Source: a virus
Lineage: Duplodnaviria > Heunggongvirae > Uroviricota > Caudoviricetes
DNA length: 64,000 nucleotides
Direction: 5' to 3' (one strand)
IMG/VR virus record: IMGVR_UViG_3300043178_000179
Positions 52,849 through 63,162 of this stretch are shown in pieces; position 1 is the stretch's first letter; each line of letters starts with the position of its first letter. The notes under the pieces are model-generated. The model did no database searches and had not been told where the DNA came from. It saw only the letters and a program-made list of their open reading frames with translations. The position numbers were made by a program, and so were the translations under genes.

Positions 52849-54000
52849 ATGGCCGTTCGTAGTGGTGCAGCGGTCGCGCTCGGCGCGGTGGCCGCGATGG
52901 CGGCGGTCGCGGCCGTGGGTTCCCGTCGCGGGTCGTTCCAGCAGGTCACGCCGTTCATCCAGGCGCTGCTGCGGATCCGCAACGAGTACGGGGCCGACCC
53001 CGAGGTGGTCATCCGAGCGCAGGACTTCGTGCTCCGGGCCTCGATCGAGGGCGTCCAGGTCCTCGCGGGCACGGACGGCCCGACCTCGATGCTGGAGGAC
53101 GAGGCGACGAACATCCCCGGCCCGGGGGGTCTGCTCGGCTACATGGACTTCCAGGCCGGGCTGTTGCGTGCCGGCCGCTACTACGTCGACACGGTGAGCC
53201 GCGCGTTGCCGACGCACGAGTCCAGGTACCAGCGGTTCATCCCCTGGATCGCCCGCGAGGTCGCCCGGATGGTCCGAGCGGAGCGCGCGAAGCGCTCGAA
53301 GGACCAGCAGAGCCTGATCGCGGACCTCGCGGCTTTCAACCGGGAGCTCCCCCGGATCGCGGACTACGCCGGGACCGCGCGGCCGAACCTCCTCCAGATG
53401 ACCTGGCCGCAGGCGAAGGAAGCCTCGGACCGGTGGCACACCGAGATGCAGGAGGTCCTGCGCCAGCGGGCGGAGAAGGCGAAGCTCAAGGCGCTCAAGC
53501 AGGGCGGCCGGGTGATCCACCGCTTCCCGAACGGCTGGACGATCCAGGAACTCTACACCAAGGCCCACCTCGACGTCGAGGGCGACTACATGCACCACTG
53601 CGTCGGGAGTTCGACGCACTACTGGAACGAGGTGCAGCGCGGGAACTACAAGATTGTGAGCCTCCGGCGTCCCACGGGCGAGTCGATGCTCACGATCACG
53701 GTGCAGCTCCCCGGGAACACGATCCTCTACGCGCTGGGGCACTTCGACCGGGCGGCCGGCACCCGCGAGCGGGTGGAGTCCTACGCCCCGGGCATCGCGA
53801 AGATGCTGACGGACGAGATGCTCCTGGACGAGTGCCGCGCGCTGTTGGAGTACCAGCAGATGCTGACGCCCGGTGCTCAGCCCACGGGGCACCTGGCTCG
53901 CTGCGCCGAACGGGTGCACGCGGCCGAGGAGAAGGCTCGGCGCCAGCTCGCGGCCCGCCAAGGCGGCCCCCAGGGTCGTCATCAGGGCCGTCGTCGGTGA
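52849..54000 (+). CDS. paralog family member (long form) with the 'RFPNGWTIQ...HHCVG...SLRRP...GHFDR' domain
   Basis: N-terminus 'MAVRSGAAVALGAVAAMAAVAAVGSRRGS'. The N-terminal region also parallels the 55457 gene. Confidence 0.5.
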   Translation: MAVRSGAAVALGAVAAMAAVAAVGSRRGSFQQVTPFIQALLRIRNEYGADPEVVIRAQDFVLRASIEGVQVLAGTDGPTSMLEDEATNIPGPGGLLGYMDFQAGLLRAGRYYVDTVSRALPTHESRYQRFIPWIAREVARMVRAERAKRSKDQQSLIADLAAFNRELPRIADYAGTARPNLLQMTWPQAKEASDRWHTEMQEVLRQRAEKAKLKALKQGGRVIHRFPNGWTIQELYTKAHLDVEGDYMHHCVGSSTHYWNEVQRGNYKIVSLRRPTGESMLTITVQLPGNTILYALGHFDRAAGTRERVESYAPGIAKMLTDEMLLDECRALLEYQQMLTPGAQPTGHLARCAERVHAAEEKARRQLAARQGGPQGRHQGRRR

Positions 54001-55460
54001 TCGCGTCCTCGCTGGCGCTCGGCGCGGCCGCGGCGCTCGCCATGGCCGGATCGGCCGCCGCCCGCAGGATCTGGTCCCGCGAGGACGCGGTGCGCTTGCG
54101 CCGGCGGTTCGATGCTGGCGAGACGACCGCCCAGATCGCCGCGGCGGAGGGCGTCACGCTCCAGGCCGTGGCCGACCTGTGGCGCCGGCACCGCCTGTCC
54201 GGTCACGTTCGCGGCCGGCGTCGGGTCTACACCGACGAGCAGGCGGCCGCGTGGCGTCGGATGTACCTCGACGGCATGAGTTGGGCCGAGGTCGGCGCGA
54301 CGGTGGGCTTGTCGGCCAACGTCGTCCGCAAGCGGGTCGAGCGGTGGGAGTCCCGCCGCTGGCCTTCCGGGTCGATGGCCCGCTTCGACTACGGCACCGC
54401 CGATCGCCTGCTGGGCGCCCGGGCATCGAAGCGGCTGTCCGGCCGGGAGACCCGGCTGGAGCGGGACGGGAACGACATTCGGGTGGTCTACCACCGCACG
54501 CCCGTGGTGACGCTTCACCCGGACGGGACCTACACGCTCCGCGCCAACGGCTGGGAGACCCTCAGCACCTTGCAGCGGTTCCACGACTACTCCCCGGCGC
54601 GAGTCTTCGGGCGTGGCAGGCCGATCGACACCTTCTACATCGCGCACCGGAGCGACCCGTTCCACGAGCGCTTCTTCGACGGTGCCCGCGTGGACGCCTC
54701 GGGCGTGCTGCTCAACCCCCGAGAACCCGTCCGCCGGATCGGGTCGACCAATGGCCGGCCCTTCGCGTTTGCCGCCGGCGATCTGCTGGTCGGTGATCAA
54801 GGCGGTGGCATCCCGGTCTTCCTGGAGGTTCTCGCTGTCAAGCCCAGGGCGGTCCTCGCCAGGAGGTATGGCTTCAAGATGACCCTCCAGGGGGAGGACG
54901 GCGAGCCCGTGTTCGTGATGGACCGCGCGAAGTCCATGGGTGAGCTGGACTACCTCCTGGAGCCGGACGGCTCGCTGTTCGGCGTCCAGCGCCTGCGGCG
55001 CTCCGGAGGTCGAGTCCCGCAGGGAAGCCTCAACCCGAGGGATCTCGGCAGTCCGGCCCGCAAGCGGGGCCTCACCTCGTCCGAGGTCGCGGCCGCGTGG
55101 GCCGGATCCCGTTTCGGCGTGTCCAAGACGGGGGACTACTGGACCGACGGCGAGACGCTCTGGTCCTACAAGCTCACGATCGGGCAGACCATCGACGGCC
55201 GGAAGATCGTCTGGGACTATCGCGCCTCTCCCCATCGCCGCTCGGTGAGCCTGACGACCTCGCGGCACGTCGACCGGGCCGCCGCGGTCGCGGACGAGGT
55301 CTGGCCGCCCGAGGGCGTCGCGCGCCTCGATCGCCCGCGGATCGGTCCGCCGGACCGCCCTCCTCCGCGGCACGAGCTGCGTCCGCCCCGCCCCGGCTCC
55401 ATCTGGCGGCCCATCGATCCCGTCACGGGCCGGGTCTGGCGCCCGCGGGGCCGCCTGTGA
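53997..55460 (+). CDS. hypothetical protein with HTH motifs and a hydrophobic N-terminus
   Basis: GTGA-coupled. 'TTAQIAAAEGVTLQAVADLWRRH' and 'MSWAEVGATVGLSANVVRKRVERW'. Confidence 0.5.
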   Translation: MIASSLALGAAAALAMAGSAAARRIWSREDAVRLRRRFDAGETTAQIAAAEGVTLQAVADLWRRHRLSGHVRGRRRVYTDEQAAAWRRMYLDGMSWAEVGATVGLSANVVRKRVERWESRRWPSGSMARFDYGTADRLLGARASKRLSGRETRLERDGNDIRVVYHRTPVVTLHPDGTYTLRANGWETLSTLQRFHDYSPARVFGRGRPIDTFYIAHRSDPFHERFFDGARVDASGVLLNPREPVRRIGSTNGRPFAFAAGDLLVGDQGGGIPVFLEVLAVKPRAVLARRYGFKMTLQGEDGEPVFVMDRAKSMGELDYLLEPDGSLFGVQRLRRSGGRVPQGSLNPRDLGSPARKRGLTSSEVAAAWAGSRFGVSKTGDYWTDGETLWSYKLTIGQTIDGRKIVWDYRASPHRRSVSLTTSRHVDRAAAVADEVWPPEGVARLDRPRIGPPDRPPPRHELRPPRPGSIWRPIDPVTGRVWRPRGRL

Positions 55461-56599
55461 ACGGGACGTCCCTCGCCATCGGTCTCGCGGCGGTCGTCGC
55501 GCTGCCTTCGGTCCTCCGCCGTGGCGGTTCCCTCGCGCGCTCCGGCTTGCAGGAGCAGTTGTTGCGCCTCAAGAACCAGTGGAAGGCCGATCCCGAGGTG
55601 GCGATCCGGGCGCAGGACCTCGTGCTGACGATCCTCCCCGGCGATCCGGTCGGTCCGGCCGGGCTGCCGGGCCTGTGGGAGACCAACGCGCAGCTCCTGT
55701 ACGACGTTCGCAAGCTCGGCGGCCACGGCCTGGACGACTACCTGGCGCTGGTAAGCCGGCAGATCGCGGCCAACGAGCACTTCTCGAAGCGCCTGTTGTC
55801 GGTCGACATCGCCTGGCAGCGGTACATCCCCTGGATCGGCCGCGAGGTGGGTCGCCTGATCCGGGCGTCCCGCCGGAACGAGATCCCGGTGCGGCAGCCT
55901 CGCTGGGGCTCGTCCGAGTCGCAGGAGTCCGCGCTGTTGCGCGAGATGCAGTCCCTGCGGAACCAGTTGCCCCGGGTCCTGGACTGGGCGATGGCGACCG
56001 GGCCGGACCTGATGACGCTGCGGTTCAAGCAGGCGAAGGCCAGGTCCGACCGTTGGCACGCGCAGGGCGCAGGCGGTGAGGGGCTCACGGTCGCCCGAGG
56101 GGTGCCGCTGCCCGGCGAGGTCGTCTACCGCTTCGCCGACGGTTGGACGGTGCAGCGCCTGGGGAGCTTTCGCCACCTCCAGTCCGAGGGCCAGGTGCTC
56201 CACCACTGTGTCGGTCGGGGGACCTACTACTGGGACGGTGTCGTCTCCGGGAAGTGGACCATCGAGTCGCTCCGCGATCCGAAGGGGAAGCCCTACGTGA
56301 CGCTGACGGTTCTGCCAAACGGCCGGATCATCTACGCGAAGGGGCACTTCGACCGTTTGGCCGGCGAGCGCATGGAGCGGCGCTACGCTCCGTCCACCTA
56401 CGACAAGCTGACCGACGAGGCGCTCGACCTGGAGTGCCTGCGCCTCGACGAGTACCAGCGCTTCCGGGATCCGCCCCCCGGGGATGTCGCGAGCGACCTC
56501 GTCACCTGCGCGCGTCGCCTGGAGCTGATCCAGGCCCGCGCCGCCGCGCAGGCTCAGGCCAAGGCCCGTGCCCAGGGCCAGGGGCGTTCCACGGGATGA
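55457..56599 (+). CDS. paralog family member (long form) with the 'RFADGWTVQ...HHCVG...SLRDP...GHFDR' domain
   Basis: GTGA-coupled. N-terminus 'VNGTSLAIGLAAVVALPSVLRRGGS'. Confidence 0.5.
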   Translation: MNGTSLAIGLAAVVALPSVLRRGGSLARSGLQEQLLRLKNQWKADPEVAIRAQDLVLTILPGDPVGPAGLPGLWETNAQLLYDVRKLGGHGLDDYLALVSRQIAANEHFSKRLLSVDIAWQRYIPWIGREVGRLIRASRRNEIPVRQPRWGSSESQESALLREMQSLRNQLPRVLDWAMATGPDLMTLRFKQAKARSDRWHAQGAGGEGLTVARGVPLPGEVVYRFADGWTVQRLGSFRHLQSEGQVLHHCVGRGTYYWDGVVSGKWTIESLRDPKGKPYVTLTVLPNGRIIYAKGHFDRLAGERMERRYAPSTYDKLTDEALDLECLRLDEYQRFRDPPPGDVASDLVTCARRLELIQARAAAQAQAKARAQGQGRSTG

Positions 56600-57186
56600 T
56601 CGCGCTCCGGCCGCTGCCCTGGTCCGCCGACGCGCTGGAAGGGTGGCTCTCGGCGCGGACGGTCGCGGCGCACCACGGGCAGCACGAGGCGGGGTACGTC
56701 CAGGCGCTGAACCGGATGACGGCCGCGGCGCCGGGTCTTCGCAATCTTCCCGTCGAGCGGCTGATGCTCGGGCGGACCGATGCCCGCCCGATCGCCGCAC
56801 AGGTCTACAACCACCGCTTCTACTGGGAAGGGCTCGCGCCGACTGCCACGCCCTCGCCGCCGCCGCCCGGTCCGCTCCAAGCGGAGATCGAGCGGACGTT
56901 CGGGTCTCTCGGTCGGCTCCGTGGCCGGTTCCTCTTCCTCGCGAACGCGGTCCTGGGATCGGGATGGTGCTGGCTCACCTGGAACGGCCGGGCGCTCGTC
57001 GTCGAGGTGACGAAGGACGCGGACAACCCCGTGCAGGCGGGCCGAGTACCGCTGTTGGCCTGCGACGTGTGGGAGCACGCCTACTACCTCGACTACGAGA
57101 GCCGCCGCGGCGACTACCTCAAGGGGTTCTGGAACGCGGTCGCCTGGGACGTCGTCGCGCTGCGTCTCCGCCTCGCGCGCCTCTGA
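56596..57186 (+). CDS. Fe/Mn superoxide dismutase
   Basis: 'AAHHGQHEAGYVQALN' (HHxxHHxxYV) and 'DVWEHAYYLDYESRRGDYLKGFWNAVAWDVV' (SOD C-terminal signature). ATGA-coupled. Confidence 0.85.
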   Translation: MIALRPLPWSADALEGWLSARTVAAHHGQHEAGYVQALNRMTAAAPGLRNLPVERLMLGRTDARPIAAQVYNHRFYWEGLAPTATPSPPPPGPLQAEIERTFGSLGRLRGRFLFLANAVLGSGWCWLTWNGRALVVEVTKDADNPVQAGRVPLLACDVWEHAYYLDYESRRGDYLKGFWNAVAWDVVALRLRLARL

Positions 57187-57202
57187 GCCGGTCCGTCCCG
57201 CG

Positions 57203-58411
57203 GTGCGCCCGGGTTATCCTAACGAGGCCGTGGCCAGAGCGCTCCGACATCGTCGCGGTTCCCGCGCATCGCCGCCGACGCTGACCCGCGACGGCTTCCC
57301 CTGGCCGCCCGGGGTGGACCTGTACCACGCCACGACCGGGCTCCGTGCGATCCGCCGCGAGGGTTTCAGGACCCGCCGCGAGCTGGGTGCCGCCGCGCTG
57401 GGCGGCGGGCCGTCGACGGCCGTGAGCCTGACGATCGACTTCCGGGTGGCCGCGAGCATCGCGCTCGGCCTCCGGGTGCTCTCGCTGGGGGCGCGGCGCG
57501 ATCTGTCGCTCCGGGACCTGCTCGACTTCGCCGCGGTCGAGACGCCGAAGGCATTGCGCGCAATCCAGGCCGGGGCCAAGAGGGACTACGGTCTCGACGA
57601 CGAGACGATCGCGAGGCTGGACGACGGTTGGGTGCTGGAGCGGACGCCCGGGATGCTGAGCGGTCGTCGGCTGCCTCCCGGCGCGCTCCCAGGCCAGCCC
57701 TACTTCATGGGTCGCCGGGACGTCTCGGGTCATCCATTGGAGTACGTCTCCTGGTGGATCCGCGGCCCGGCTGCCACCGAGGAGTGGGCGGTCCGCTCCT
57801 GGCAGGGGAACGAGCCCTTCTACAACCTCTACCAGCTCATCCTGGCCCACGGTGAAGGCGAGAAGGAGTGCTTCAACCCGCTCTTCTTCGGCACGGACCT
57901 GGCGTCGCTCGGGCGCGTGTCGGCCGACGACATCGGTGTGCTCGCGGTCCAGGCGGACATCCCGCGGGTCTGTCCGGACGTGCCCGGGACGGTGGGGCTC
58001 GGGTATCTCGATGAGCGCCTGGCCCGCTACTGGGCGGGGTGGTTGAACGACACGTTCGGCTACGACTGTCCGCAGGACCTCTCGTGCCTCGCCGAGCACG
58101 GGAAGCCGTTCCGCTCCACGCGGCGCAGCATCCTGGACTACCCAGGTCCGGCGAAGCCGGAGATCGGCCCGTGGCGGGTCCTGGACGAGGGCGAGCGTCG
58201 GCCGCAGGATACGATGGCCTACCTCAGCTCGCTCGCGGAGTTCCGGGTGTACGACCCGCGCCGGATCCGTGTGCTGGAGGCCACGTCGATCCTGGAGTTG
58301 CAGCGCAGCTCCCGCTGGGGCGGTCGCGCGACCTACCCGTACTTCCGGCCGGGCGAGGACCTCGTCGGCCTCCGCCCGGGCACCCGGGTGCTGGCCGGGG
58401 CTGTCGCGTGA
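57203..58411 (+). CDS. hypothetical protein
   Basis: 402 aa, protein-like. Confidence 0.45.
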   Translation: MRPGYPNEAVARALRHRRGSRASPPTLTRDGFPWPPGVDLYHATTGLRAIRREGFRTRRELGAAALGGGPSTAVSLTIDFRVAASIALGLRVLSLGARRDLSLRDLLDFAAVETPKALRAIQAGAKRDYGLDDETIARLDDGWVLERTPGMLSGRRLPPGALPGQPYFMGRRDVSGHPLEYVSWWIRGPAATEEWAVRSWQGNEPFYNLYQLILAHGEGEKECFNPLFFGTDLASLGRVSADDIGVLAVQADIPRVCPDVPGTVGLGYLDERLARYWAGWLNDTFGYDCPQDLSCLAEHGKPFRSTRRSILDYPGPAKPEIGPWRVLDEGERRPQDTMAYLSSLAEFRVYDPRRIRVLEATSILELQRSSRWGGRATYPYFRPGEDLVGLRPGTRVLAGAVA

Positions 58412-59493
58412 AGGCGCGGCTGCACCCCTACGCATCGGCCACGCCGGGCGAGCTGCACGGAGCTGGGGCGCTGTGGCATAGCCAGTCCGAGCGCGGCCTG
58501 AGCCCGCGCCGGATGGACTGGCGGTACGAGCCGGCCTACCCGGTCGCCTCGCTCAAGCCGCTGATGCCCGAACGTGCCACCTGGCGGAGCTGGTGGGAGA
58601 CCGAGGTCCAGTATCGGACCGCGGAGTGGGGCTGGTCGGCCGAGCGCTTCGTCGAGTGGTGGCTCACCTCGCCCGAGGCCCAGCTCTGGGGTCCAAGCTG
58701 GAAGTGGGCCGTGAACGAAACCGGAGGGTCCATGGCCAAGAAGCCGAAGCCCGGCCGCGGCTGGCGGTACCGTGTGCTCACGGCGCTGATCGTCCCGACC
58801 GCGTTTCTCCGCGAGTTGTCGCAGCGTGGCGACCCACGCTTCTTCGCGCCCCGGTCGGGTCGCCTGTATCGCATGGGCTGTCCGTGGCTCCGTTGGCCGC
58901 CGTTCGACGTCCACTACGAGCTGCGGGTCCGCGCCCCTGTGACCGCCAGTCCAGAGCCGGTCGGCCCAGCTGCCGCGGTGCCGGCATCCAGCATCGTCGT
59001 CGAGACGACCATCTGGGCCAACCACGACATGTCGCAAGAAAACGCGGCGAACATCGCCTGGGGCATCATCGAGGACCAACTGCTCGACCGTGTCCCGCTG
59101 CCGCCGCCCGACCTTTCGGTGCTCGGTCCGCCACCGACGCCGAGACCGTTCCGTTGGGAGGTCCTGCGCGCGCACGAAATCTGGCGGCCGACCTGGAAGC
59201 TCTCCCCGCGCCAGCGGAGGACCATGGGCAGCCGCGCCATCGTCCATCCCCGCACCTGGCGGGTCGACGGTGTCGTCGAGTTCGGTGCGTCACGGTCCGG
59301 CCAGTTCTACGTCAAGGCCGGATCCGCGCGCGGCGCGGAGAAGGTTGCCGAGCGAGTGCTCCGTGGCGAGCGGATCCGTGGCCAGCCGCTTCTCAGGGAC
59401 ATCGAGTGGCGGACGAGCCGCCAATGGCACGGCGTCCGGGCCTACAACGCGGAGCACATCCCGCTCCCGAGCGACCCACCGAGGCGCAGGTGA
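58408..59493 (+). CDS. hypothetical protein
   Basis: GTGA-coupled, 361 aa, Trp-rich. Confidence 0.45.
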   Translation: MKARLHPYASATPGELHGAGALWHSQSERGLSPRRMDWRYEPAYPVASLKPLMPERATWRSWWETEVQYRTAEWGWSAERFVEWWLTSPEAQLWGPSWKWAVNETGGSMAKKPKPGRGWRYRVLTALIVPTAFLRELSQRGDPRFFAPRSGRLYRMGCPWLRWPPFDVHYELRVRAPVTASPEPVGPAAAVPASSIVVETTIWANHDMSQENAANIAWGIIEDQLLDRVPLPPPDLSVLGPPPTPRPFRWEVLRAHEIWRPTWKLSPRQRRTMGSRAIVHPRTWRVDGVVEFGASRSGQFYVKAGSARGAEKVAERVLRGERIRGQPLLRDIEWRTSRQWHGVRAYNAEHIPLPSDPPRRR

Positions 59494-61202
59494 CGACACA
59501 AGAATACGTGTACGCCGGGTCGAGCGAGCATTGCCTCACGGTCCTCGCCCGTGGCCTCGTCGCGCCATCTTGGCTTCCGGGTGTACCGCTCACGACGGAC
59601 CCGGCCCGCGCCGAGCGCCGCGCGATCCCTGGGCCACTCCTGGTCGCTGGGGTGTACCGGGCGCCTCGGAGCAAGATCGGGGGGATGCGCCCGGACCCCC
59701 GCCCCGGGGCCATCTCCGGCGTCGACTTCGTCGCGCCGCGCGTCCCGCCGGAGACGCTGGAGGTGCAGGAGCAGGAGGATGGCCCGTGGGAGCCGATCGA
59801 GGACGTCCTCGGGCACCTCCAAGAGGGGATCGCGGTGTCGGTGCGCCGTGCGCGTCGCGGGAGCGCCGGCGCGCTTCCGCCCGTGCTGCTCACGGAGGAC
59901 GTGCAGTCGCTCCGGCGACTGCTCTCGGGCGACTCGCTTAGCCCCGTGGCGCTCTGGCTCGACCTGGCCGCCGGCGCGCTCCGGGCCTTCGGCTCGGGCA
60001 GGGGCGAGGTCATCTTCGAGATCCAGCCGCGGCACCGCCGCATCATCATCGACGGCGCGACGCTCTACGAGATCGCGGTGCTGCGTGCCCTTCGAGAGCT
60101 CCATCGGAGGATCCCTACCATGCGCCCCTGGCAGGTGACGGTGGACAACACGCCGCCCCTGACGCTGCACGAGGTCGTCTTCAATCCGCCGACGGACCTT
60201 GCCCGTGGACTTCCGCCGCTCTACCACGGGACGAGCGACTCTGCGTGGCGGAGGATCCAGTTCGAGGGTCTGCGTCCTCGCGGCGAGGGTGGCCCGGTCT
60301 ACGGGGGTGTCCTGAACCCTTCCAGGCCGGATCGGGTCTACCTCACGACCTGGGACTCGATGGGCGTCGCGCTCTTCGCCGCCCGCGCGGCCGTCAAGGC
60401 TCACGGTGGTGAGCGCGTGGTGCTCCGGATCGCGCCGGAGGCCCTGGATCCGAAGTTGCTGGAGCCCGACGAGGACTCGCGGATGTTCACCTGGCAAGGG
60501 AGCATCCGCCGGACGGGGACCGTGGCCTACCGCGGAGTCATCCCGCCCACGGAGATCACGCTGGCCTACGAGCCGGACCACGAGGACGCGCCGCCCTTCG
60601 AGGGGAGCCGCGCCCGGGTCCTTGCTGCGATGCCGCGAGACGAGCTGGATCGCCTTGCCGCTGGCGGTGGGCCGATCCGGCTCGGTGAAGCTGCGCCATT
60701 CCGGATCCGGTGGAAGCCGATGGACGAGGACTGGAAGCGGCGCTTCGACCAGCACACCGGGGATCCCTTCGAGCTGCCGGTCGGCTGTCGCGACTTGCCA
60801 CCGGCTGTGGTGCAGGCGGATCGCGCCCGGAAGGAGCAGCTCCTGGCGGGGCTCCTCGCCTGGGGCGGGGACCGCGTGAGCCTTTCGCGCTGGGACGACG
60901 ACTTGCCGCTCATCGTCTCGCACGGGCAACTGTGGAGTGGCCGCGGAGCCCTTCGCCGCCCGGGCGAGCCGGGCCGGTGTCACGGAAATGTCGCACGATT
61001 CTGGGAGCGGAGTCCGGAGAAGCTGCTCATCGCGACCGGGTACGGGCTCTCGGCGGACGGGATGTGGCGGCAGCACACCTTCGGCGTCGAGCTGGCGGGC
61101 GGCCGACCCCGGATCGTCGAGACGACGGTCCCCCGCGTGGCCTATTTCGGCGCCGTGCTGGACGCGGCGCAGTCCCGGCGGTTCGCCCGGGAGAACGGGT
61201 GA
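59490..61202 (+). CDS. hypothetical protein with a possible ADP-ribosyltransferase-fold (Tpt1/KptA-like) segment
   Basis: 'PPLYHGTSDSAWRRIQFEGLRP' resembles the Tpt1 'FLYHGTAxxxxxxIxxxGL' motif. GTGA-coupled. Confidence 0.4.
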   Translation: MTTQEYVYAGSSEHCLTVLARGLVAPSWLPGVPLTTDPARAERRAIPGPLLVAGVYRAPRSKIGGMRPDPRPGAISGVDFVAPRVPPETLEVQEQEDGPWEPIEDVLGHLQEGIAVSVRRARRGSAGALPPVLLTEDVQSLRRLLSGDSLSPVALWLDLAAGALRAFGSGRGEVIFEIQPRHRRIIIDGATLYEIAVLRALRELHRRIPTMRPWQVTVDNTPPLTLHEVVFNPPTDLARGLPPLYHGTSDSAWRRIQFEGLRPRGEGGPVYGGVLNPSRPDRVYLTTWDSMGVALFAARAAVKAHGGERVVLRIAPEALDPKLLEPDEDSRMFTWQGSIRRTGTVAYRGVIPPTEITLAYEPDHEDAPPFEGSRARVLAAMPRDELDRLAAGGGPIRLGEAAPFRIRWKPMDEDWKRRFDQHTGDPFELPVGCRDLPPAVVQADRARKEQLLAGLLAWGGDRVSLSRWDDDLPLIVSHGQLWSGRGALRRPGEPGRCHGNVARFWERSPEKLLIATGYGLSADGMWRQHTFGVELAGGRPRIVETTVPRVAYFGAVLDAAQSRRFARENG

Positions 61203-62335
61203 CCGGCCTCGCGCTGGCTCTTGCGCCGGCCGCGATCCTCGCGGTCGCCGGGGTCCGTGGCAGCCGCGCCACGGCCAGGGCGCTGCGCGCCATGGCGCGC
61301 CGCACGCTCGCGAGCGGGATCTGTGGGGAGAAGCCGGAGTTCTTCCACGTCACCGTGGCCCGGTCGATGCCGGGCATCGTCGCGCACGGGCTGGTGCCAC
61401 CGGCCGAGCGCGGCGAGATCGTCTCGACCTTCGGTGAACGACTCGCACCGTGGGTCGCGGACAAGGTCTTCCTCACGGTCGGGGAAGAAGGGATCTCCAT
61501 CTGGGAGGACAACTGGCTCGTCTCCGACTCGGATCTCTCCATCGACGACCTCGTCGTGCTCCGGGTGCGGCCGGAGGCCGGGATCGAGAGGTTCGTCCGC
61601 GTGGACGAGAAGGCCAGGTCCGACGTGGGCGACGACTGCGCCTTCTACGTCAAGCGCCGGATCCCGCCCGAGCACCTCGACTTCTTCGACCGGAACAGGT
61701 TGGGCTGGCACCCGCTGAGCGGCTGGGCGGCGCGTCGCGCGTCGCCCTCCGGCGGCCGAAACGTAGTCGCGCCGAGCGGCTATCACCGGACGGCGCTGGC
61801 CCGCCGCGGCGCGAGCGTGCCGTTGCGGGTGGTCCAGGAGCGGTTTCCGGAGTGGCTGGGCGGCTCGGTGTTGGACTACGGGGCCGGTCGCGGGGCCGAC
61901 TGCAAGGTGTTGTCGCGGCGCGGTCGCGCAGCCTGCTACGACCCGCACCATCCGGATCCGAAGATGCGACGCCGCCCGGCCGGCACCTTCGGGATCGTGA
62001 TGCTCAGCTACGTGCTGAACGTGTTGCCGCCGAAGCCCCGCGCGCAGGCGCTACGGGAGGCCGCGCGCCATGTCGCGGTTTCGGGCCACCTCGTCGTCGC
62101 GGTCCGCGGGAAGGACGAGTCGGCCTGGGCGCAGGTGCGATCCAGTTGGTCGAAGTGCGAGGACGGCTACGTCCAGCGCGACGCGGCCGGGAGCGTCGAG
62201 AGGTTCCAGCGGTTCTTCACGCCGGCCGAGCTGCGCGCGTACTGCCGGCGGGTGCTGGGCGCCGCCTTCGTGGAGGAGCCGGGCCTGGTCGCGCCGTCCG
62301 GCACGGCGATGATGGCGCTCCGGAGGGTCCGCTGA
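61199..62335 (+). CDS. class I SAM-dependent methyltransferase domain protein (C-terminal) with a hydrophobic N-terminus
   Basis: 'VLDYGAGRGADCKVLSRRG' motif I. N-terminus 'VTGLALALAPAAILAVAGVRGS'. Confidence 0.5.
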   Translation: MTGLALALAPAAILAVAGVRGSRATARALRAMARRTLASGICGEKPEFFHVTVARSMPGIVAHGLVPPAERGEIVSTFGERLAPWVADKVFLTVGEEGISIWEDNWLVSDSDLSIDDLVVLRVRPEAGIERFVRVDEKARSDVGDDCAFYVKRRIPPEHLDFFDRNRLGWHPLSGWAARRASPSGGRNVVAPSGYHRTALARRGASVPLRVVQERFPEWLGGSVLDYGAGRGADCKVLSRRGRAACYDPHHPDPKMRRRPAGTFGIVMLSYVLNVLPPKPRAQALREAARHVAVSGHLVVAVRGKDESAWAQVRSSWSKCEDGYVQRDAAGSVERFQRFFTPAELRAYCRRVLGAAFVEEPGLVAPSGTAMMALRRVR

Positions 62336-63162
62336 TGCCGAAGCGGGTCGCCGGCAAGCTCTACGTCCATCGCACGGCCGTGCACACCTTGCCGCTGTGG
62401 GCCCAATCGGCGATCTCCCGCGCGCTCCCGCTGTTGCCGGCCGGCTTCCGGTGGACGCTGGTGCGGGTCGCCCCCGGCGAGGTCATGTTCGGTCGGACGA
62501 TGCCGTTTTCGCGGCCGCACCCGGAGCTGCTGGAGCGGATCCTCGTTCGCCGCGGCCGGGTCGTGGACCGCAGGTGGTATCGCGGGAACGGGCCCATCTA
62601 CCACCGGATCGAGCAGATGCTGGCGCCTGGGAGCAAGCACCGCGCCGAGGCGGAGCGTCGGACGCGACAGGAAGAGGCGCTCGGGTTGCTGGGTCGTCCC
62701 GACATCGGGACCGCGAGGGCCTGGCGCCGCGCCGGTGGCAGCATGGCCCGTGCTCCCTGGTTGTCCTGGCCATCGGTCACGGCCGGGGAGGTCTGGGCGC
62801 ACGTCGAAGCGGCCTGTCCGCACCGGGGTGGCCCTCGGGACGCGCGCCAGGCGATGGTCCCGCTGGAGAACTACGAGTGGTACGGCCCCGGCTCGATCGA
62901 CGTCCACCACCCGATGTTCCGGCGGCTCGAACCCGCGAGCGACCGCGACGTGCGCCGATACGCCAAGGCGATGCGCGCCGGTCGTGTGCCTCCCGCGGTC
63001 GTGCTGGTTGTCGACAACGACGGACAGAACGAGGAGCGGTTTTTCGTCGAGGACGGCGCCTCATGGCCCGGGGCCTGGTCCGTCGCGAACTGCGCCGGAC
63101 CGACGACCGGACCCGTCGCTCCTGGTTCTATTCCGCACCCATCGGCCATCCGGATTAGGATG
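62335..63162 (+). CDS. hypothetical protein (no in-frame stop before the next candidate start)
   Basis: ATG overlaps the upstream TGA. Frame 1 stays open to the end of the window, so this ORF is absent from the supplied ORF track. Confidence 0.35.
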
